64,000 nt of DNA from Galemys pyrenaicus (lineage: Eukaryota): NCBI GenBank assembly GCA_019455555.1, contig JAGFMF010011380.1, positions 15,038,053 to 15,102,052 on the forward strand, read 5' to 3'. Shown here piece by piece: positions 41,063-54,542 of the stretch (positions within the stretch are counted from its first letter, which is position 1; every line of letters begins with the position of its first letter). The position numbers were made by a program, and so were the translations under genes. The notes under the pieces are model-generated. The model saw only the letters and a list, made by a program, of their open reading frames with translations. It searched no databases and was not told the DNA's origin.

Positions 41063-41149
41063 TTATAAAAGTATTTCTATCTTTGCCTACCCGGTAAGCT
41101 TTAAATGAAAGGCAGATATATCAATTTTAGATAGTGGTAATTTTTTTAA

Positions 41150-41410
41150 AGTATATTTTTATTTATGCATACAAGAACTGTGTTCTAGGTCAAAGAAGCG
41201 GGGAGTGAGAAGATTCACCAGAACCAGAGTAGGGAGCAGAACAGGTCGATCTACTGAGATGTACTGCTGAGGGGAGCAGCAGGCAAGATAGGAAAAGTCT
41301 GCTGTGCCATGTGGATTAACTCCCTGGCCAGGAATTGAGCTCAGGCTGCAGTGACTGGCACTAGCTTGTTAGCACTGAGATTTTAACCCCTGCACCATCA
41401 GGGAGGTCCC
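41150..41410 (-). mobile_element. tRNA-derived SINE, subfamily B
   Basis: It runs from tatttttatttatgcatacaagaactgtgttctagg to cccctgcaccatcagggaggtccc. Confidence 0.7.
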
Positions 41411-43489
41411 TAGTTGCAAAGTTTTTTAAAAGTTTTGAGGTTTGTTCTGGGACAGAGTTCAGTTATTTCAAAATAATTTGAATCTTTTAAGCGTACATTT
41501 TAGATTTGTTAAGTGGCATGACAATGGCTTAGTCAAGATCCTTTAGCATAGCATTTAGTCTGGAGCATAGACTTCTGGGAACTCTATAATGCCCCATCTA
41601 TATAATAGCAGATCTTCCCACTCAAGCTGTGGAAATGCAAACTACTCCTGACCATTTGTGAGTTTCAGGGATTATGGTACCCTCTCCTTTCTTGTGATAC
41701 ATTCTCTGGTCTCAGGTTATTTTCTCACACACATACACTGGCCAAAGTGTAGGAAGGACTGAATCAAACTCCACTTCCCTAACTCAGAGATATCACTAGG
41801 ATTTCTTTGGGTATACCATCCTTGAACTATTGTTTGGAAACTTCAGGCAGTAAGCTAGAACAACACAAGACTCACTCATGTGGTTTCTTCTTCAAGGAAT
41901 CACTAGTCTGCACTTTGTCCAATGACTGAGAATCATTCTTTTACATATTTTTTCTAAGAAACATTTTTTGTTACCTATTTTTCAGTTGTTTAAGGTAGAA
42001 GAATAATTCCAGTTCCCAAATGCATGATGTTACTCTGTCATGGTCAATAGCAAAACTATTTAAAATTTAAAATGTACACATCCTCTAACTCTTTAAGTCT
42101 GCTTCTAAAAATATATCTTACAAATATACTGCAATCCATGGACAGGGTTATTCACTATAATATTATTCATCAAAAAAAGACTTGGCTTAATAAATTCTAA
42201 TATTTAAATGATACAATTCTTCCAAATGTAGTTCTTTACTTGTCACATTTTGGTAAGTAAAATAAATCCTAAGAGAGAGTAACAGAGACTAGTATTTCTG
42301 CTAAAGTAGATGATTTGTTCAGAAAACTTATTGTAGCTAAAACTATCAAGTCATTCATTTAATTTGTGATTGTGTAATCTTTGATCTTACAGGTAAGAAT
42401 CTGGAAGTATTAAAATCCAAAGTTTTTGTAAAAATGGTATGAAATAATTATCACATTACAATAAAACCCAACTTAATTTAGAATGAATTTTGAGGATAAA
42501 TCTAAATATTTTATAAACAATACACATGTACAATAAGAAAATTAGAAAATGTAGAACACACAAGGAAGAAAATAAAACCACACAGAATTTCAGTCGAAAT
42601 AGCATATCTCTTTTCAGATCTTTTGTGAATGTTTGACACAAACACGAAATACATTTGACAATAAGGCTGCCTTTTTTCAAGGACAACAGCTGATTATAAA
42701 TTGTACATTAGAAACTGTTTCCTAAAACATGGCATTCAAATAGCCCTGTTGTGGGAGTAAGAGTAGAGGGTCCTCTTCCTTTCCTTTAACATTCCTTGAG
42801 CCACAGTCCCTGAATCTTGAAGGGATCTTGAAGTCCCAGAATGATAACTAGTCTCACATAATGGTGTTAACACACTACCACAGACAGTTAAGTGGGATGG
42901 GAACCCACGCAGTCTGTATCCTCTGTGTTCTCAACCGCTATTTTATTCACTTGCAGTTATATACATCTTTTAATTTTTGCTAATCTGAGAGATAAAAAGT
43001 CTCACTGCAATTCTGAGTGTGTGCATGACAGATTCCAGCTTTCTTTTTTCTTCAACTGAGGTAACTTCATTTACAATACTGTATAGATTTCAGGTATATA
43101 GTTTCTCCCCTCAGCAGCTGTACAACTCACAATACGCCCACCACCAAGTGTCCATACCTTTTTCCTCCTTCTGCCTTTTTCCCCACTCTGGTAACCACCA
43201 TTTTGTTGTCGGAGACTAAGGTTTTTCGTTTGTTCATTCTTGGGCCTACCAGTCCTACTCACTGACGTTTAAATTTGCATTTCTCTTAGCAACAATGAGG
43301 CTGAATATCTTTTTTTTTTTGGAAATTAAAGAGAAGTTTATTTAGGAAAAAAAGTAAAGAGTAAAGACTCTCAGGTATATGGTACCCGGGAGGGGCAAAG
43401 AGAGCCCTGAATATCTTTTTCTGTTAAAAAGCCGTATTATTATTTTTTAAATATTTATTAATTCATTCATTCCTTCATTTATTTACTTT

Positions 43490-43730
43490 AGAGATTTATT
43501 TATGCATACAAGAACTGGGGTACAGGCCAGAGGCGCGGGAGGTGAGAGGATTCACCAGAGACAGAGTAGGGAGCAGAACAGGCGATGAACTAAAGTTCAC
43601 TGCTGAGGGGAGCAGCGGGGTCTGTTGTGCCATGTGGGTCTCCTCCCTGGACAGGGATCTAACTTGTGTTGTTGTATGGTGGATGCCTCACAGTGCAGTG
43701 CTCAACCTGCTGTGCCACCAGAGAGAGACC
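43490..43730 (-). mobile_element. tRNA-derived SINE, first copy of a head-to-tail tandem pair
   Basis: It runs from agagatttatttatgcatacaagaactggggtacaggcc to ctgtgccaccagagagagaccc. Confidence 0.7.
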
Positions 43731-43731
43731 C

Positions 43732-43975
43732 TTTTTTTTTTTTTTAAAGATTTATTTATTGATGCGTACAAGAACTGGGTACAGGCCAGAGGTCCAAGAG
43801 GTGGGAGGATTCACCAGAGACAGAGTGGGGAGCAGAACAGGCAAACTGACCTAAATACACTGCTAAGAGGAGCAATAGGTGAGACAGGGGAGGTCTGCTG
43901 CGCCAAGTGGGTCCCCTCCCTGGATGCTATCGAACTCGGACAGTGCTGCACCTTAACCTCTTGTGCCCCACAAAA
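43732..43975 (-). mobile_element. tRNA-derived SINE, second copy of the tandem pair
   Basis: It runs from a poly-T plus aaagatttatttattgatgcgtacaagaactgggtacaggcc to cttgtgccccacaaaacc. Confidence 0.65.
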
Positions 43976-44819
43976 CCTTATTATTTTCTTATTTATGATT
44001 AAAACCTTGCTCCATTCTTCACTTGGATTAATAGCCTTTTTCTTTTAATTCATGGGAGTTCTTTATATGTTAAGAAAATCAATCTGTCTCTGTTGCAAAT
44101 ATTTTCCCCCACTTCATCATTGTCTTTAGATTTTTTTTTTTTGTCTTTAGATTTTGTCATATGCCTAAATCTTTTTGCATTCTTGGATACACCATTCAAA
44201 TACTTCCTTAATGTTAACTTTTCAATATAGTTTTGTTTCTTTTATGCCTAGGCTCGTTCTAACAAGAGGGGGTGAGCTGCCTCATTACACCAGTCACTCT
44301 TCCAGCCTGGCCCCTGTAGTTTTATGGCAGCTACGAATTCTCTTCTGTCCAAGAGGAGCTAGCTGACTAGGGAAGTGATCCCAGAAAGGGAATGGAAATA
44401 TGACTTCCTGAAGTTATTTCCCCCTCTCTTTTGTATAAATAAAAAATGGAAATAAAACTCTGCAAGAAGAATTTGAAGAAACATTTGCTTTTTCATTTTG
44501 TGGTGGTTGTGCTATTTACCATTTCAAAACATGCTAACCATGATTTTATCAGCACGCCAAATATCTAATGTGGTTTTATATTCTTAACTACATAATAACT
44601 GAAGTGGACAAAAAATATGAAAGCTGCATATTTTATATGTTTCTGAAATTCCTCGCCTCACAAACTTATTTCCCTTAGTTCTAATTCCTAATTATTGATA
44701 ATTTTACATCTCTAACCTGGATTTCTGAACATCCTATTAGCACTATTTTGCTCCTCTACTGTTGAATATGCCTTCCAGTTTTTATTTAAATCATGTTTCA
44801 TACTTTCTGTTCTGCTTCT

Positions 44820-44900
44820 GGCTAGGAGGGCCAGAAGAAATATTATTATTACTAATTATTATTATTATTACTAAGAAAAATTATTATTATTAAGAAATAA
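44820..44900. repeat. ATT-rich low-complexity tract
   Basis: It reads attattattactaattattattattattactaagaaaaattattattattaag. Confidence 0.7.
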
Positions 44901-45192
44901 TGCCAGTGAGTTTGCATAATTATATAAAACTTTAGTATCTTATATGACAGTTCAAATGTCTATAAAGAAGTATAACCACAGCTCTCTTTTTGTACTTTAC
45001 AGATTCATTTATGTTACAATGACTTCCTCAAAGGTATAACAGCATTTTTATAAATGTACAAATACTTTCCATCATTAGGGACAATAGTTTTTGTATATAT
45101 AAGTTATATGGGTACGATTTTAGCAAAGAGTTTCCTTTATATCATAAAAATGTGAAAACATAGTATCAATATATTTCATAATTAACACTTAC

Positions 45193-45315
45193 CTGTAACA
45201 TGTTGGCATCTGGTTCTTCCTCCTGCCAGCTCATGTACGACAGAAAATCTACATCTTCTTTGGCAATAAGTTCCAAAATATTTGGAATGTCAGGAGACAG
45301 TAACTCACTGTCATC
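45193..45315 (-). CDS. PARP4: PARP4-like exon
   Basis: It encodes DDSELLSPDIPNILELIAKEDVDFLSYMSWQEEEPDANMLQ, 41 codons. The splice acceptor is aaatatag and the donor is gtaagtg. Confidence 0.65.
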
Positions 45316-45876
45316 CTATATTTAATCACAGGTCAAAGCAAAACAGATATCATGTTAAATGATTACTAAACATTCTAAAGCCTTGTGAATGTTTGGTTTG
45401 GACTGTGTTTGGGTCTAAATGTGATTGCGTATGCTAGGCCACAGAGAGAGAGGGAAGGAAACAAGACAGGCTCTGCTGAGTGACTTTCTCCACGATGAAC
45501 ACTGTGTGGGTGCCCTGCCTATCACCTTCCAGGGTTCTCCTTTTAAACTTATGAAGGGGAGAAGGCCTTGGAGAGCGCAAAGGATGTCAGGGCTTTTTCT
45601 ACTATTTGAGGGTCTTGGATTAATAGGAGATGCAAAATGCCAAAAATGTAACAAAATCGTGTATATCTTAAAAAGGGCACATGTAGCTAATAAATATAAC
45701 ATTAAAAACAGTAACATATTTAACTCATTTTGAGATTGTGTCCTAATGCTGAGGCTAGAGCCAGGGCTCACTAGCCTCTCAGCCCTACTCTTCATGAGCC
45801 TCAAGTGTGGGTAAGAGTAATTTTTTTTAGTATGTAAATATAAGTAAGGTAACTGTGAATTGACAATAATACATAC

Positions 45877-45972
45877 CCTTTTTTCAACTGCCACAAAACT
45901 GGTAAATTGTGTTATGAGAGAGTTTTCTTTACTGAGTTCAATGATCAGAGATTTTAAAATTTGCTTTTTCAT
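45877..45972 (-). CDS. PARP4: PARP4-like exon
   Basis: It encodes MKKQILKSLIIELSKENSLITQFTSFVAVEKR, 32 codons. The splice acceptor is tctctcctag and the donor is gtatgtatt. Confidence 0.7.
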
Positions 45973-47439
45973 CTAGGAGAGAATAAAATACATGGTCATG
46001 CCCTGCTTCATTTTTCACTATTTACTAACTGAGACCAATTAAGCAAATATTAAATAATCTAAAAAGCATTTTATAAAAAGAAAATCATTTTGTTTTTCAA
46101 ACTACATATTAAGGTGGCCCTCTCTAAGTATTTTTTTTTCCCATTTGCAGCATCTTTATTACTGCTGATGATGTCAGAAAAAAGGAACATAGCTTGATTA
46201 ATAGATTGCAGGTGTAACTTACAACACTGGCAACTAAAAATGATTTTTTGATTTATAAACTGAGAACATTCAATATAAAAGTCACCAAGAGTGAAGAAAT
46301 ATGTTCAAAACCCATCAGATCACTTTAGAAATTGATTTTCTATTTATAATTACAATTTAAATGTCATTAAAAAGCTCTTCTCCTTACTGTTTTTTTAATA
46401 TATTTTTTTAAATTTACATATATTTGACATCAATTGTAATCCCCATGTATTCCCCATCACCATAACACCAGTGCACCATCACCTCAGTCCCCCATGCTCC
46501 CATCTGCCCTCCACCCTTCCTCTCTTCCCTCCCCACCAAGTGTCCCCAGTTTGTCTTTGTCTTTTCATTTTTGGTTTTTGTTTCTTTCTTGTTGTTATTA
46601 TTATTGTTGTTGTTTTTATTCCTCTCGAAGTATTTTGACTAGAAAATTCAACATTCCTTGCTAACTGGGACCAACTGACAAACTACTTTGTAGATAGAAT
46701 AACTCAGACATACATAGCTCTTCATAGTTGACAAAGAACTCTCAAATCTGGAGAGTTTTGGCAATGTTTTAATGATGAGGAACCTGAGGCAGTGAGAGGT
46801 AGAGTGGCTTCTTCGGTGACAAGCACTGGTGCCCTCAGAGATTAAAGGGTCTCAAGCAAAGCAGAACACGAAGGCTACCAGTCCGAGGGTGGTGAGAGAG
46901 ATGAGTGAAAGCACAAGGCATTTATTACTGCATCGTGTCAATGACTCCGTGCCACAGGGTACCTTCTTTTTGGTAGGGCTCTGAGTACTCATGTCCCTCT
47001 GACCCTGGGCTGGATGAGTGGGACCCTCTGCCAAGGGCCTCAAGGCTTTGGCTCTGCTGTGTCTCTCTGGGCAGGTCACCTACACCTGAGCTTCTTCAGC
47101 AGTAGGAGGGAACACAAACGCCTACAAAATGAGATCTGAAGTCATGTCTATCACAGACACCCAGCGAAGGTTCCCTGAGTCCACATATACCTCTCCCTGA
47201 TGGGTAAATTATCACAGAATTCTCTAGAAGCTGCTCACATCTCTGTTTCTGCTAATTCATTCAACAAACATTTAAAGAGCACCCTGAGCCCTGGACACAG
47301 AAAACACAGAGACAGACATGAGTGCCCGTGACACAGCCTGCTTCTCCACCCAGCTCTCTTCACGTTGTTTCTACAGATAAATCAATTTTAAGAAGGATGA
47401 AAAACAACACGTAATGTTTTTACTGTGAAAAGAGCTGAC

Positions 47440-47520
47440 CTCGTGATTCGTTTCATCTTCATGGAGAACGCCTTCTTCGTAGTCTCTGATCAGGGCTCGC
47501 GCTGTCAGCTTATGAATCAT
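47440..47520 (-). CDS. PARP4: PARP4-like exon
   Basis: It encodes MIHKLTARALIRDYEEGVLHEDETNHE, 27 codons. The splice acceptor is caacacag and the donor is gtcagctc. Confidence 0.7.
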
Positions 47521-48338
47521 CTGTGTTGAAGCAGCAAAGGAAAAATTTTCAAATGCTTCTCATTAAGTCTTACATGGAAAACTGTTTGCTACATTGAGGT
47601 ATAATTTACATACAGCATATATAAATTATCAATATAATTTACCCTTTCGAAGTGTGAAGTTTGATAAGCATTAAGGGAGGTGTACAGTTGTGTGACCATC
47701 ACTACCCCCTCCCGGGGCTCAGTTAATTTGCTGGAGTAGCTCAAAGAAATCAGGGAACCAGTTTACTCACTAAAGCACTGACTTATTATATTTATTATTT
47801 ATCACCAACAGCCACATAAAGAGATAGGTGGGGTAAGGAGTAGGGAAAGGGCATAGAGGCTCTATGATGCCCAGGTGTGCCATTCTCCCCAGATCTCCAA
47901 ATGATCACAGTTCTCCCAAGCCTTCCTCTCTAGGGTCTTATGGTGGTTTTATTACCGAGGTATGACTGATTAAATCACTGGCCTTTGGCAACTGAATTTA
48001 ATCTCCCACTTCATCACCTCTCACCTCTAAGCTAGGGACAAAGGGGAAATTTGGGGGGCTAGGGAGCTCAGCTGCTGCCTCCCTGCCTGCTAGTCTGCCC
48101 GTGTCTGGTCCCCTGATTCAGCATTAAAGGCATGTTAGAGATACCAAAGGCTCCAAAATTCCCTTTTCATCTGCCTGAAGAACAGTGAACCTGCCTGGCA
48201 TGGGATGGTTGCACCACAACTGTGTTCTGAAATATCAACACAGAAAAGCCACCACAACAAAGAAGTACATGAAGCACTATATATGAAAATATTATAACTT
48301 TCCAACAATGATTCTATAGTTTAAGTGTTGATTCTTAC

Positions 48339-48419
48339 AGTTCCAGTTGTCTTCTGAAGTTCTGTTGTTGATACCATTGTAGAAAATTCTTTGTCTTGGA
48401 TTAATGCACATAAAGTTGC
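48339..48419 (-). CDS. PARP4: PARP4-like exon
   Basis: It encodes ATLCALIQDKEFSTMVSTTELQKTTGT, 27 codons. The splice acceptor is atttcag and the donor is gtaagaatc. Confidence 0.7.
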
Positions 48420-48852
48420 CTGAAATGGAAAAAAAAACCAAACCCTATTAACTTCTCTGTTTCACAACATTAGGTTAGTTCAACAAACTCAGTGATTTCT
48501 TCTCTTTTTAAAATTAAAAGGTTCCACAGCACTCCTAGCTAATCATCCGCCCATGGAAATGGTTGAGTGGTTATTTGGTCTTCTGTTTACAAAATATTAT
48601 ATACAGAAAATGATTAGTTAACACTTACACTTTACATTTGATCCTATCTGTAGCTCTTTTTTCTTCCTTCCTACTACAAAATAGTTTTCCAAAAAGATTT
48701 AAAATAGAAAATTTAATAGTAGCATTAACATAGGAGAAAATTTGTCAGCAGATTATGATTTGCAAGGGAACAGAGAGGGGAACAAAAAAGAAAGAAAATA
48801 ATTAGCAAAATTCACTGCTCTTCCCCAGGAAAGCAAATTGTGTCCTCCTTAC

Positions 48853-49023
48853 CTGTGTGCAGTAAGGAATCAGTCCATAGACCAGGAGTCGGTCATTGTG
48901 GAACAGGGACTGCACCTGGACGGGGGCCTGTAAGGGCTCGGGGGCATCTGTGCTTAGCTGCTGCCATTTGATGGAGACAGAGTGACAACTTGGAGAGCGT
49001 AACCTAGTTATTTGGTCTTCTAT
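48853..49023 (-). CDS. PARP4: PARP4-like exon
   Basis: It encodes IEDQITRLRSPSCHSVSIKWQQLSTDAPEPLQAPVQVQSLFHNDRLLVYGLIPYCTQ, 57 codons. The splice acceptor is tttataaatag and the donor is gtaaggagg. Confidence 0.7.
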
Positions 49024-49714
49024 CTATTTATAAAAAGGAATGATTTTTAAAATTATATATATATATAAAATAATTACTTAACATTTAAACTTTACATTCT
49101 ATCTTATCTATTGGTACCTCTTTTTTTCTTCCTTTCTGCGATATTTTTCCAAAAAGACTTAAAATATTTAACAGTAGCATTAACACAAAATGTAGATTTA
49201 CAAAACAGCCTAAAATGATTCCATAGTGGTTAATTACTAATTCCTACTTTGGTATGAAGTAGAACCTAGTTGTAAAAATTAATCCTACCAAATACTTGAA
49301 TAGACACCTCTCCAAACAAGATAAAGAGCCAACAGGTACATAAAAAGATGCTCAACATCACTATTAACTAGAGAAATGCAAATCAAAATTCAAAAAAATA
49401 CAATTTCACCCTCATTAAATGTGAGGTCTAAAAGGTGTTAAACATATATACATAACAGAATATTATTCATCCTTCTTAAAAAGGAAAAAAATTCAGATAT
49501 ATGCTACAACATGGACAGACTTTGAAAATATTATGTCAGGTGAAATAAGATAGTCACAAAGGGACAGATACTGAATAATTCCACTGATAAGAGGTAGTCA
49601 AACCCACAGAGAGAGAAAGTAGAATGGTGGCTGCTAGGGAAATGGAGAGGGAAGAGATGATGGGGGGAGAGAATGTCAAGGGGAGGAGAATGCAGAGTTT
49701 GAACCTGGTAGCTC

Positions 49715-49770
49715 ATGTTGTGAATGTGCTCATGTTGTGAATGTGCTCATGTTGTGAATGTGCTTAATAG
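49715..49770. repeat. Tandem repeat of a 17-bp unit, 3 copies
   Basis: The unit gctcatgttgtgaatgt is repeated three times, contiguously. Confidence 0.8.
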
Positions 49771-50097
49771 CATTAAATTGCACACTTAAAAAGGAATAAA
49801 ATTTATGTACATTTTGCCATTTCAAAAACTAATCCTACAAGACATGTGTTATCCTTCACTTTAGAATATCAATCTATGACACTTTATAAAGTAGAGATCA
49901 AGCTATTAACTATAAAAATGACCCAACTGAGTATGTACTGCATTCTTGCTAGGTGCAAGATGCATGCCTTTAGTACTTTTTGCCTCTCTCTAGTTTACTT
50001 GTTCATTAATTAAAATCACAGAAATCACTATATTTGTAAATATCATGTAAAATACATGTAAACAAAATACTCGAAATAAGATGCTTGATAAATGTAC

Positions 50098-50197
50098 CTG
50101 TTTTTTCCAACTATGTTTGGATTTTGAGTTAAAATATTCAAATACTCCAGCACCACACTGGGACAATGTCCGTAGGATATGACGATTTGCTGTGGGA
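50098..50197 (-). CDS. PARP4: PARP4-like exon (end of vWA)
   Basis: It encodes (S)PTANRHILRTLSQCGAGVFEYFNSKSKHSWKKQ. The splice acceptor is tgtgatcag and the donor is gtacattt. Confidence 0.7.
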
Positions 50198-51268
50198 CTG
50201 ATCACATTTCACAGATTTTAATTTTCAAGAAATTTTAGAAACATTACTGAAACAGTAACATGAAGTTAATATTGGCACAACTCAAAACTCAATAGAAGAG
50301 ACATTATATGCAGAAGAGTTTATTTTTCCACTGAAGCTAAGGAGATAAAACTTATGATAGGTAGTGTGAATGTTTGGGAAATTGAATCTCTTACATATCA
50401 GAGGACTTACTTCTCTTTAATAGAAATGAGCAGAAATTCTTGACTTTCTGTTTACCAAAGGAGGAGATGATTCTGAGAAACTCCAAAATGATATAAGAAT
50501 GCTGATAAAGATATCAATCTACTTTCTGTCAGTTACCCAAATCTGATTCCAAAGGTCAAGAACTGGCAGGAGAGTTAGTTAATGAAGTCCACATTTTCAA
50601 ATTTGATCCATTTCAAATTTGATCCACGTTTAGATATCAAAAGTTACAAAGAAGTTACTCTCACTCCAGTAAAGGTTATTTCTGATATTTAACTGACAAT
50701 GTCCTATTAAATTTCTCTCAATAAAAATTCTACAGCTGTTAAGAATGCCTTTCTTAGAGTTTCCTCCTGAAATATTAAATAAATCACTCCTTCACTTTGC
50801 CCTCCACCTGGGACAGCTGCAATCTGACGTCCAGTGAGCTGAGCGACCTCAGCTTTCAGCAGGATGGGGTGGGAGGTTAGATGGGAGGGGTGGAGTGGAG
50901 GTTGTTGGGTGGTCGCTGGGGCAGAGGGTTAAAGGTTGGGGCAGATGACAGCCCACAGGAAACCATCAAATCACCTTCCCTAGAAGCCTGGCAACATACA
51001 GATAGGCCATTGTGTATCCTCCATCACAAGCTGACTTCGGCAAAGATGCCAGAGAGATTTTCAACAAAGGATTTGATTTGTGGCTGGTGAGTTGGATGTT
51101 AAAACCAAGTGATGCAACAGTATGGAACTTTCAATATTTGGTTCATCTAATACAGATGCTAGTAAAGTTACTGGGACCTTGGAGACCAAATATAAATGAT
51201 GAGTATGGTCAAACTTTCATAGAAAAATAAAACATGGCAATACTCTGGGAACAGAAATTTCAACTGCA

Positions 51269-51530
51269 GGGCCTCCCTGGTGGCACAAGGGATTGAGCAC
51301 CGCACTGTGGGGCTTCTGCTACCACTGCAGTGTTGAGTTCAATCCCTGGCCTGGGAGGAGACCCACAAGTCACAGCAGACCTCTCCTGTCTCGCCTGCTG
51401 CTCCCCTCGGAAATGTACTTCAGTCAATCTCCCTGTTCTGCTCCCCACTCTGGTTAATAAATACTCTCACTGCTCCCCACACCTCTGGCCTGTACCCCAG
51501 TTCTTGTATGCATAAATAAGATCTTTTTAA
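51269..51530 (+). mobile_element. tRNA-derived SINE, subfamily A
   Basis: The head reads gggcctccctggtggcacaagggattgagcaccgcactgtgggg. The tail reads gcataaataagatctttttaaaaaaaag. Confidence 0.8.
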
Positions 51531-52534
51531 AAAAAAGAAAGAAAAATTTCAACTGAAGACCAGAATTATCAAAGTTTAAAACTGACATTGTCAACCAACA
51601 CAGGAAAGAAAAAAATAGTAAAATCAAGTCTTCTTGATAAAAGGGAGTCTATAAATTTTAGTAGTGATGCTGATTTTACTGGACCAACAATCCATGGTTC
51701 AGATATCTTTGGTTATGAGGGCTGGTTTGCTGGTACCAGATGACCTTTGACAGTACCCACTCAGAGCTGACAAAGATGAAAATAGGGATGTGGGTGACCA
51801 CTCACTGGGGTGATGACTCTATGGGGGAGAGCACAGAGAACCTTAAGGTCAGGCACGTCTTGTTCAAAGACCAACCTGGCCTCTTCTGTTTGGTGCTTTT
51901 TTAATTTTTCACCTCAGTTAGATCCAAAAAAGTTAACTAAAACTGGGGAAGGGATAATTCCAATAATCATGGGGTTTTAGTATTTCTAGAGAAGAATTCT
52001 ATATAGATCACAGGGATGGAAATGCAAATGCATCAGCATCCAGTAAGGTCATGAAGGAGCAAAGCAGCCTGGGTGGAGATGCCTCAAAGTGGCAAGCATT
52101 CCTCAGTGCTTATCAAAATTAGATGTGGGAGAGTGTGTATCTGGCACTGCCAAATCTTCAAGCTCCTCAGGATAAGTTGGAAACCTGGATTTTTATGTAA
52201 AATAATAATTGATTTGGTGCTTCCCTTGTGCCAGTTCTATTCTAAATGCTTTCTGCATATGAGCTCATTTAATTCCTACAGCAAACCTACAAGTTTGGTG
52301 TTTTCATAATTGTCTTCACTCAACTAAAAAAAAAAAAAAAGGTTAAACAACTTGTAACTTGTTCGAGGTCATAGCTAATGAGTGGTCAGCTCAGGTTCTG
52401 AGACCCACCGGGAAAGTCCAGAGCCCAGAACTCTACATTTCTGCTCTAAATAGCTTTGATATACTAGTATTGTTTTGAAGCTTCCACGTCTCCTGAGCAG
52501 GGTCTTCACTGGTGACACAACCTTGCCCCCTTAC

Positions 52535-52722
52535 CTGGTGCCACAGCAGAACAGCCTGGTGTGGTGCACATTTCTCCTCACGAGCTGCAGGGTCAGGCCC
52601 ATGTTCTGCAGGTGTCCATCGGATATAAGGAGGATGCTTCGAAACCCTTGAGAGGGGTACAGTAAGTTCAAATATCGGAGTGTTTTCCAGAAGTCTGTAT
52701 TTCCCATTGTAGGTGTAGCTGA
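52535..52722 (-). CDS. PARP4: PARP4-like exon (vWA)
   Basis: It encodes SATPTMGNTDFWKTLRYLNLLYPSQGFRSILLISDGHLQNMGLTLQLVRRNVHHTRLFCCGT. The splice acceptor is tttcctccag and the donor is gtaagggg. Confidence 0.75.
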
Positions 52723-53356
52723 CTGGAGGAAATGATACAAAAATTACTTACCATAAACCTTTTTGGGTATATTCACCAGTAACTGTAATTGCTTACCAAA
52801 CCAAGTCCTTAATGAGAGTTTAGAGGTAGCATCATTAAAATGTATTTTTTCCTAATTATAACTTTATGAAGCAACTATACTTCTATCCTTTTAGTTTATT
52901 TCACATCATATGATAACTTATCATTATCATTTTTTTGCTTATTTATGTTTTGTTTTTGCTTTCTAGTGGTTTTCAAAGAACATTACATCAAAATGTCCCT
53001 GGGTTTGCCATCCTGAGGGAGACTGAGGTGGCAAATGGTCCTCTCATCTTGCTCCATTTTAGGAAAAAAAAAAAAAGAGTAGAAGAAAACACCTCCAAAT
53101 TATTAATGCAGGTTGCATATGGGTGGTAGAACAGTGGGTGATTCTTTTCTCTCTATTCTTTTTATTTCCAATTTTTCTCTAATGAGTTCAAATTATTACT
53201 ATTAAAGAAATAAACCATACATGTTGGTCAACCAACATACAAAAATGGAATGACTAAGGAGTTCTGACAGTGATCTCAGGGGAGTAAGTCTTAGGAAGCG
53301 CCACTTAAACTTGATAGGGAAAGACTTAGGAGACAAAGGAAGGTTCTCTTACTCAC

Positions 53357-53424
53357 CATAATGAAGTCAGTTGGCATCTTACTGCTTGTGATGTACTTAG
53401 GATATGAAAATAACTCCTTGTAAC
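53357..53424 (-). CDS. PARP4: PARP4-like exon (vWA)
   Basis: It encodes (G)YKELFSYPKYITSSKMPTDFIM. The splice acceptor is ttacacag and the donor is gtgagtaag, and phase is preserved. Confidence 0.65.
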
Positions 53425-54346
53425 CTGTGTAATAAGATTAGCATGAAGTGTTGCTATTAACTATTCACCTTATTGACCACTAACAAAGTCTGACAACATT
53501 GACATAAAAAATTCATCACAGTATTCCTTCAAGTAGCACTTCTGAGTGCACTCAAAGTATGCACTTGGCTGTGCAAAATGTTCTGTGTGAGATGATGGGT
53601 GCAGACTTTTGTTCTGTAGCAGGTGCCTCATGCAAAATAAGATGTGGGGTGTCAAAACTACAACAGCTTGGTCTCAGGAGTGGTACATTCTCCTTAAGTC
53701 CTTTGCACTCATGCTTATTTGACCTCTGCTCCCAGCAGCAGGTCCTAGCTCCTTAGTAACGGGGTTGGGCCTTCTGCTGAATGGCAGAGAAGAATCAATA
53801 GGACATTCCACTCTGGGGTCCTTCTCTCATTCCTTCCTTCTATTCTCAGCTGTCCTTTGGCCTCCTCTTGAAGTATGGCATTATCTTTCTTCTAAAGGGG
53901 CTACTCTGATGCACCTGAGACCATTTCTTACAGGTATTCTACAACCATTCTATTTCAAATGTTTTGTCCTTAGAGTTAGAACCCTCATACTCATCAGATC
54001 GAGGGTCTGGTTCAGTTGATAATAAAATCATGATATTTATATAGCACTTACTATAAAACAGACACTATTTTAAATCCTTTACATAAATTAGTGCAATCCT
54101 TACAGCAATGCTATAAAAGGAGGACTTTTACATTCACATTACAGATAGAAAACTAAAGAGTGAAAAGTTCTAGTAACCTGCCCAAGGTAACACCCAGAAT
54201 TAGGATTTGTCCCAAGGACCTATCTCCAGAGCACTTGTTCTTAAACTCCGTGCTATGACCTCTCACCCCACAGAAGAGGTCAGAAGTATGGGTAGCCAGC
54301 AGTTCCACTCATGAGTGTATTAGGATTAAGGAGGAAGCACACTCAC

Positions 54347-54542
54347 CTGTGCCAAACTTGATAATGTTTATCTTCTCTTTCTTACCCACCAAGGACAGTG
54401 CATATAAGGCAATTCTCTTGGCTTGCAAAAATGTTTCACCTTCCATGGAATTGGAGCAATCGAGACAAATAATCACTTCACTCTGCTCGACCAGGTCAGG
54501 GAGCACGGCATCAAGATCTGGTTGAAAGACAAGCATGCAGGC
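54347..54542 (-). CDS. PARP4: PARP4-like exon (start of the vWA domain with MIDAS motif)
   Basis: It encodes ACMLVFQPDLDAVLPDLVEQSEVIICLDCSNSMEGETFLQAKRIALYALSLVGKKEKINIIKFGT. The DCSNSM stretch is a DxSxS MIDAS motif of a von Willebrand A domain. The splice acceptor is ttttcag and the donor is gtgagtgtg. Confidence 0.8.

Noticed and set aside
43542-44048. A 168-aa plus-strand ORF
   Set aside because: It spans two tandem antisense SINE copies, and its peptide is the recurrent SINE-derived RDRVGSRTG...GSSG motif.
45415-45733. A 102-aa plus-strand ORF and a 185-aa minus-strand ORF
   Set aside because: The minus ORF is the PARP4 exon MKKQILKSL...VEKR read through into intron beyond the gtatgt donor at 45876. 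The plus ORF is antisense intronic sequence.
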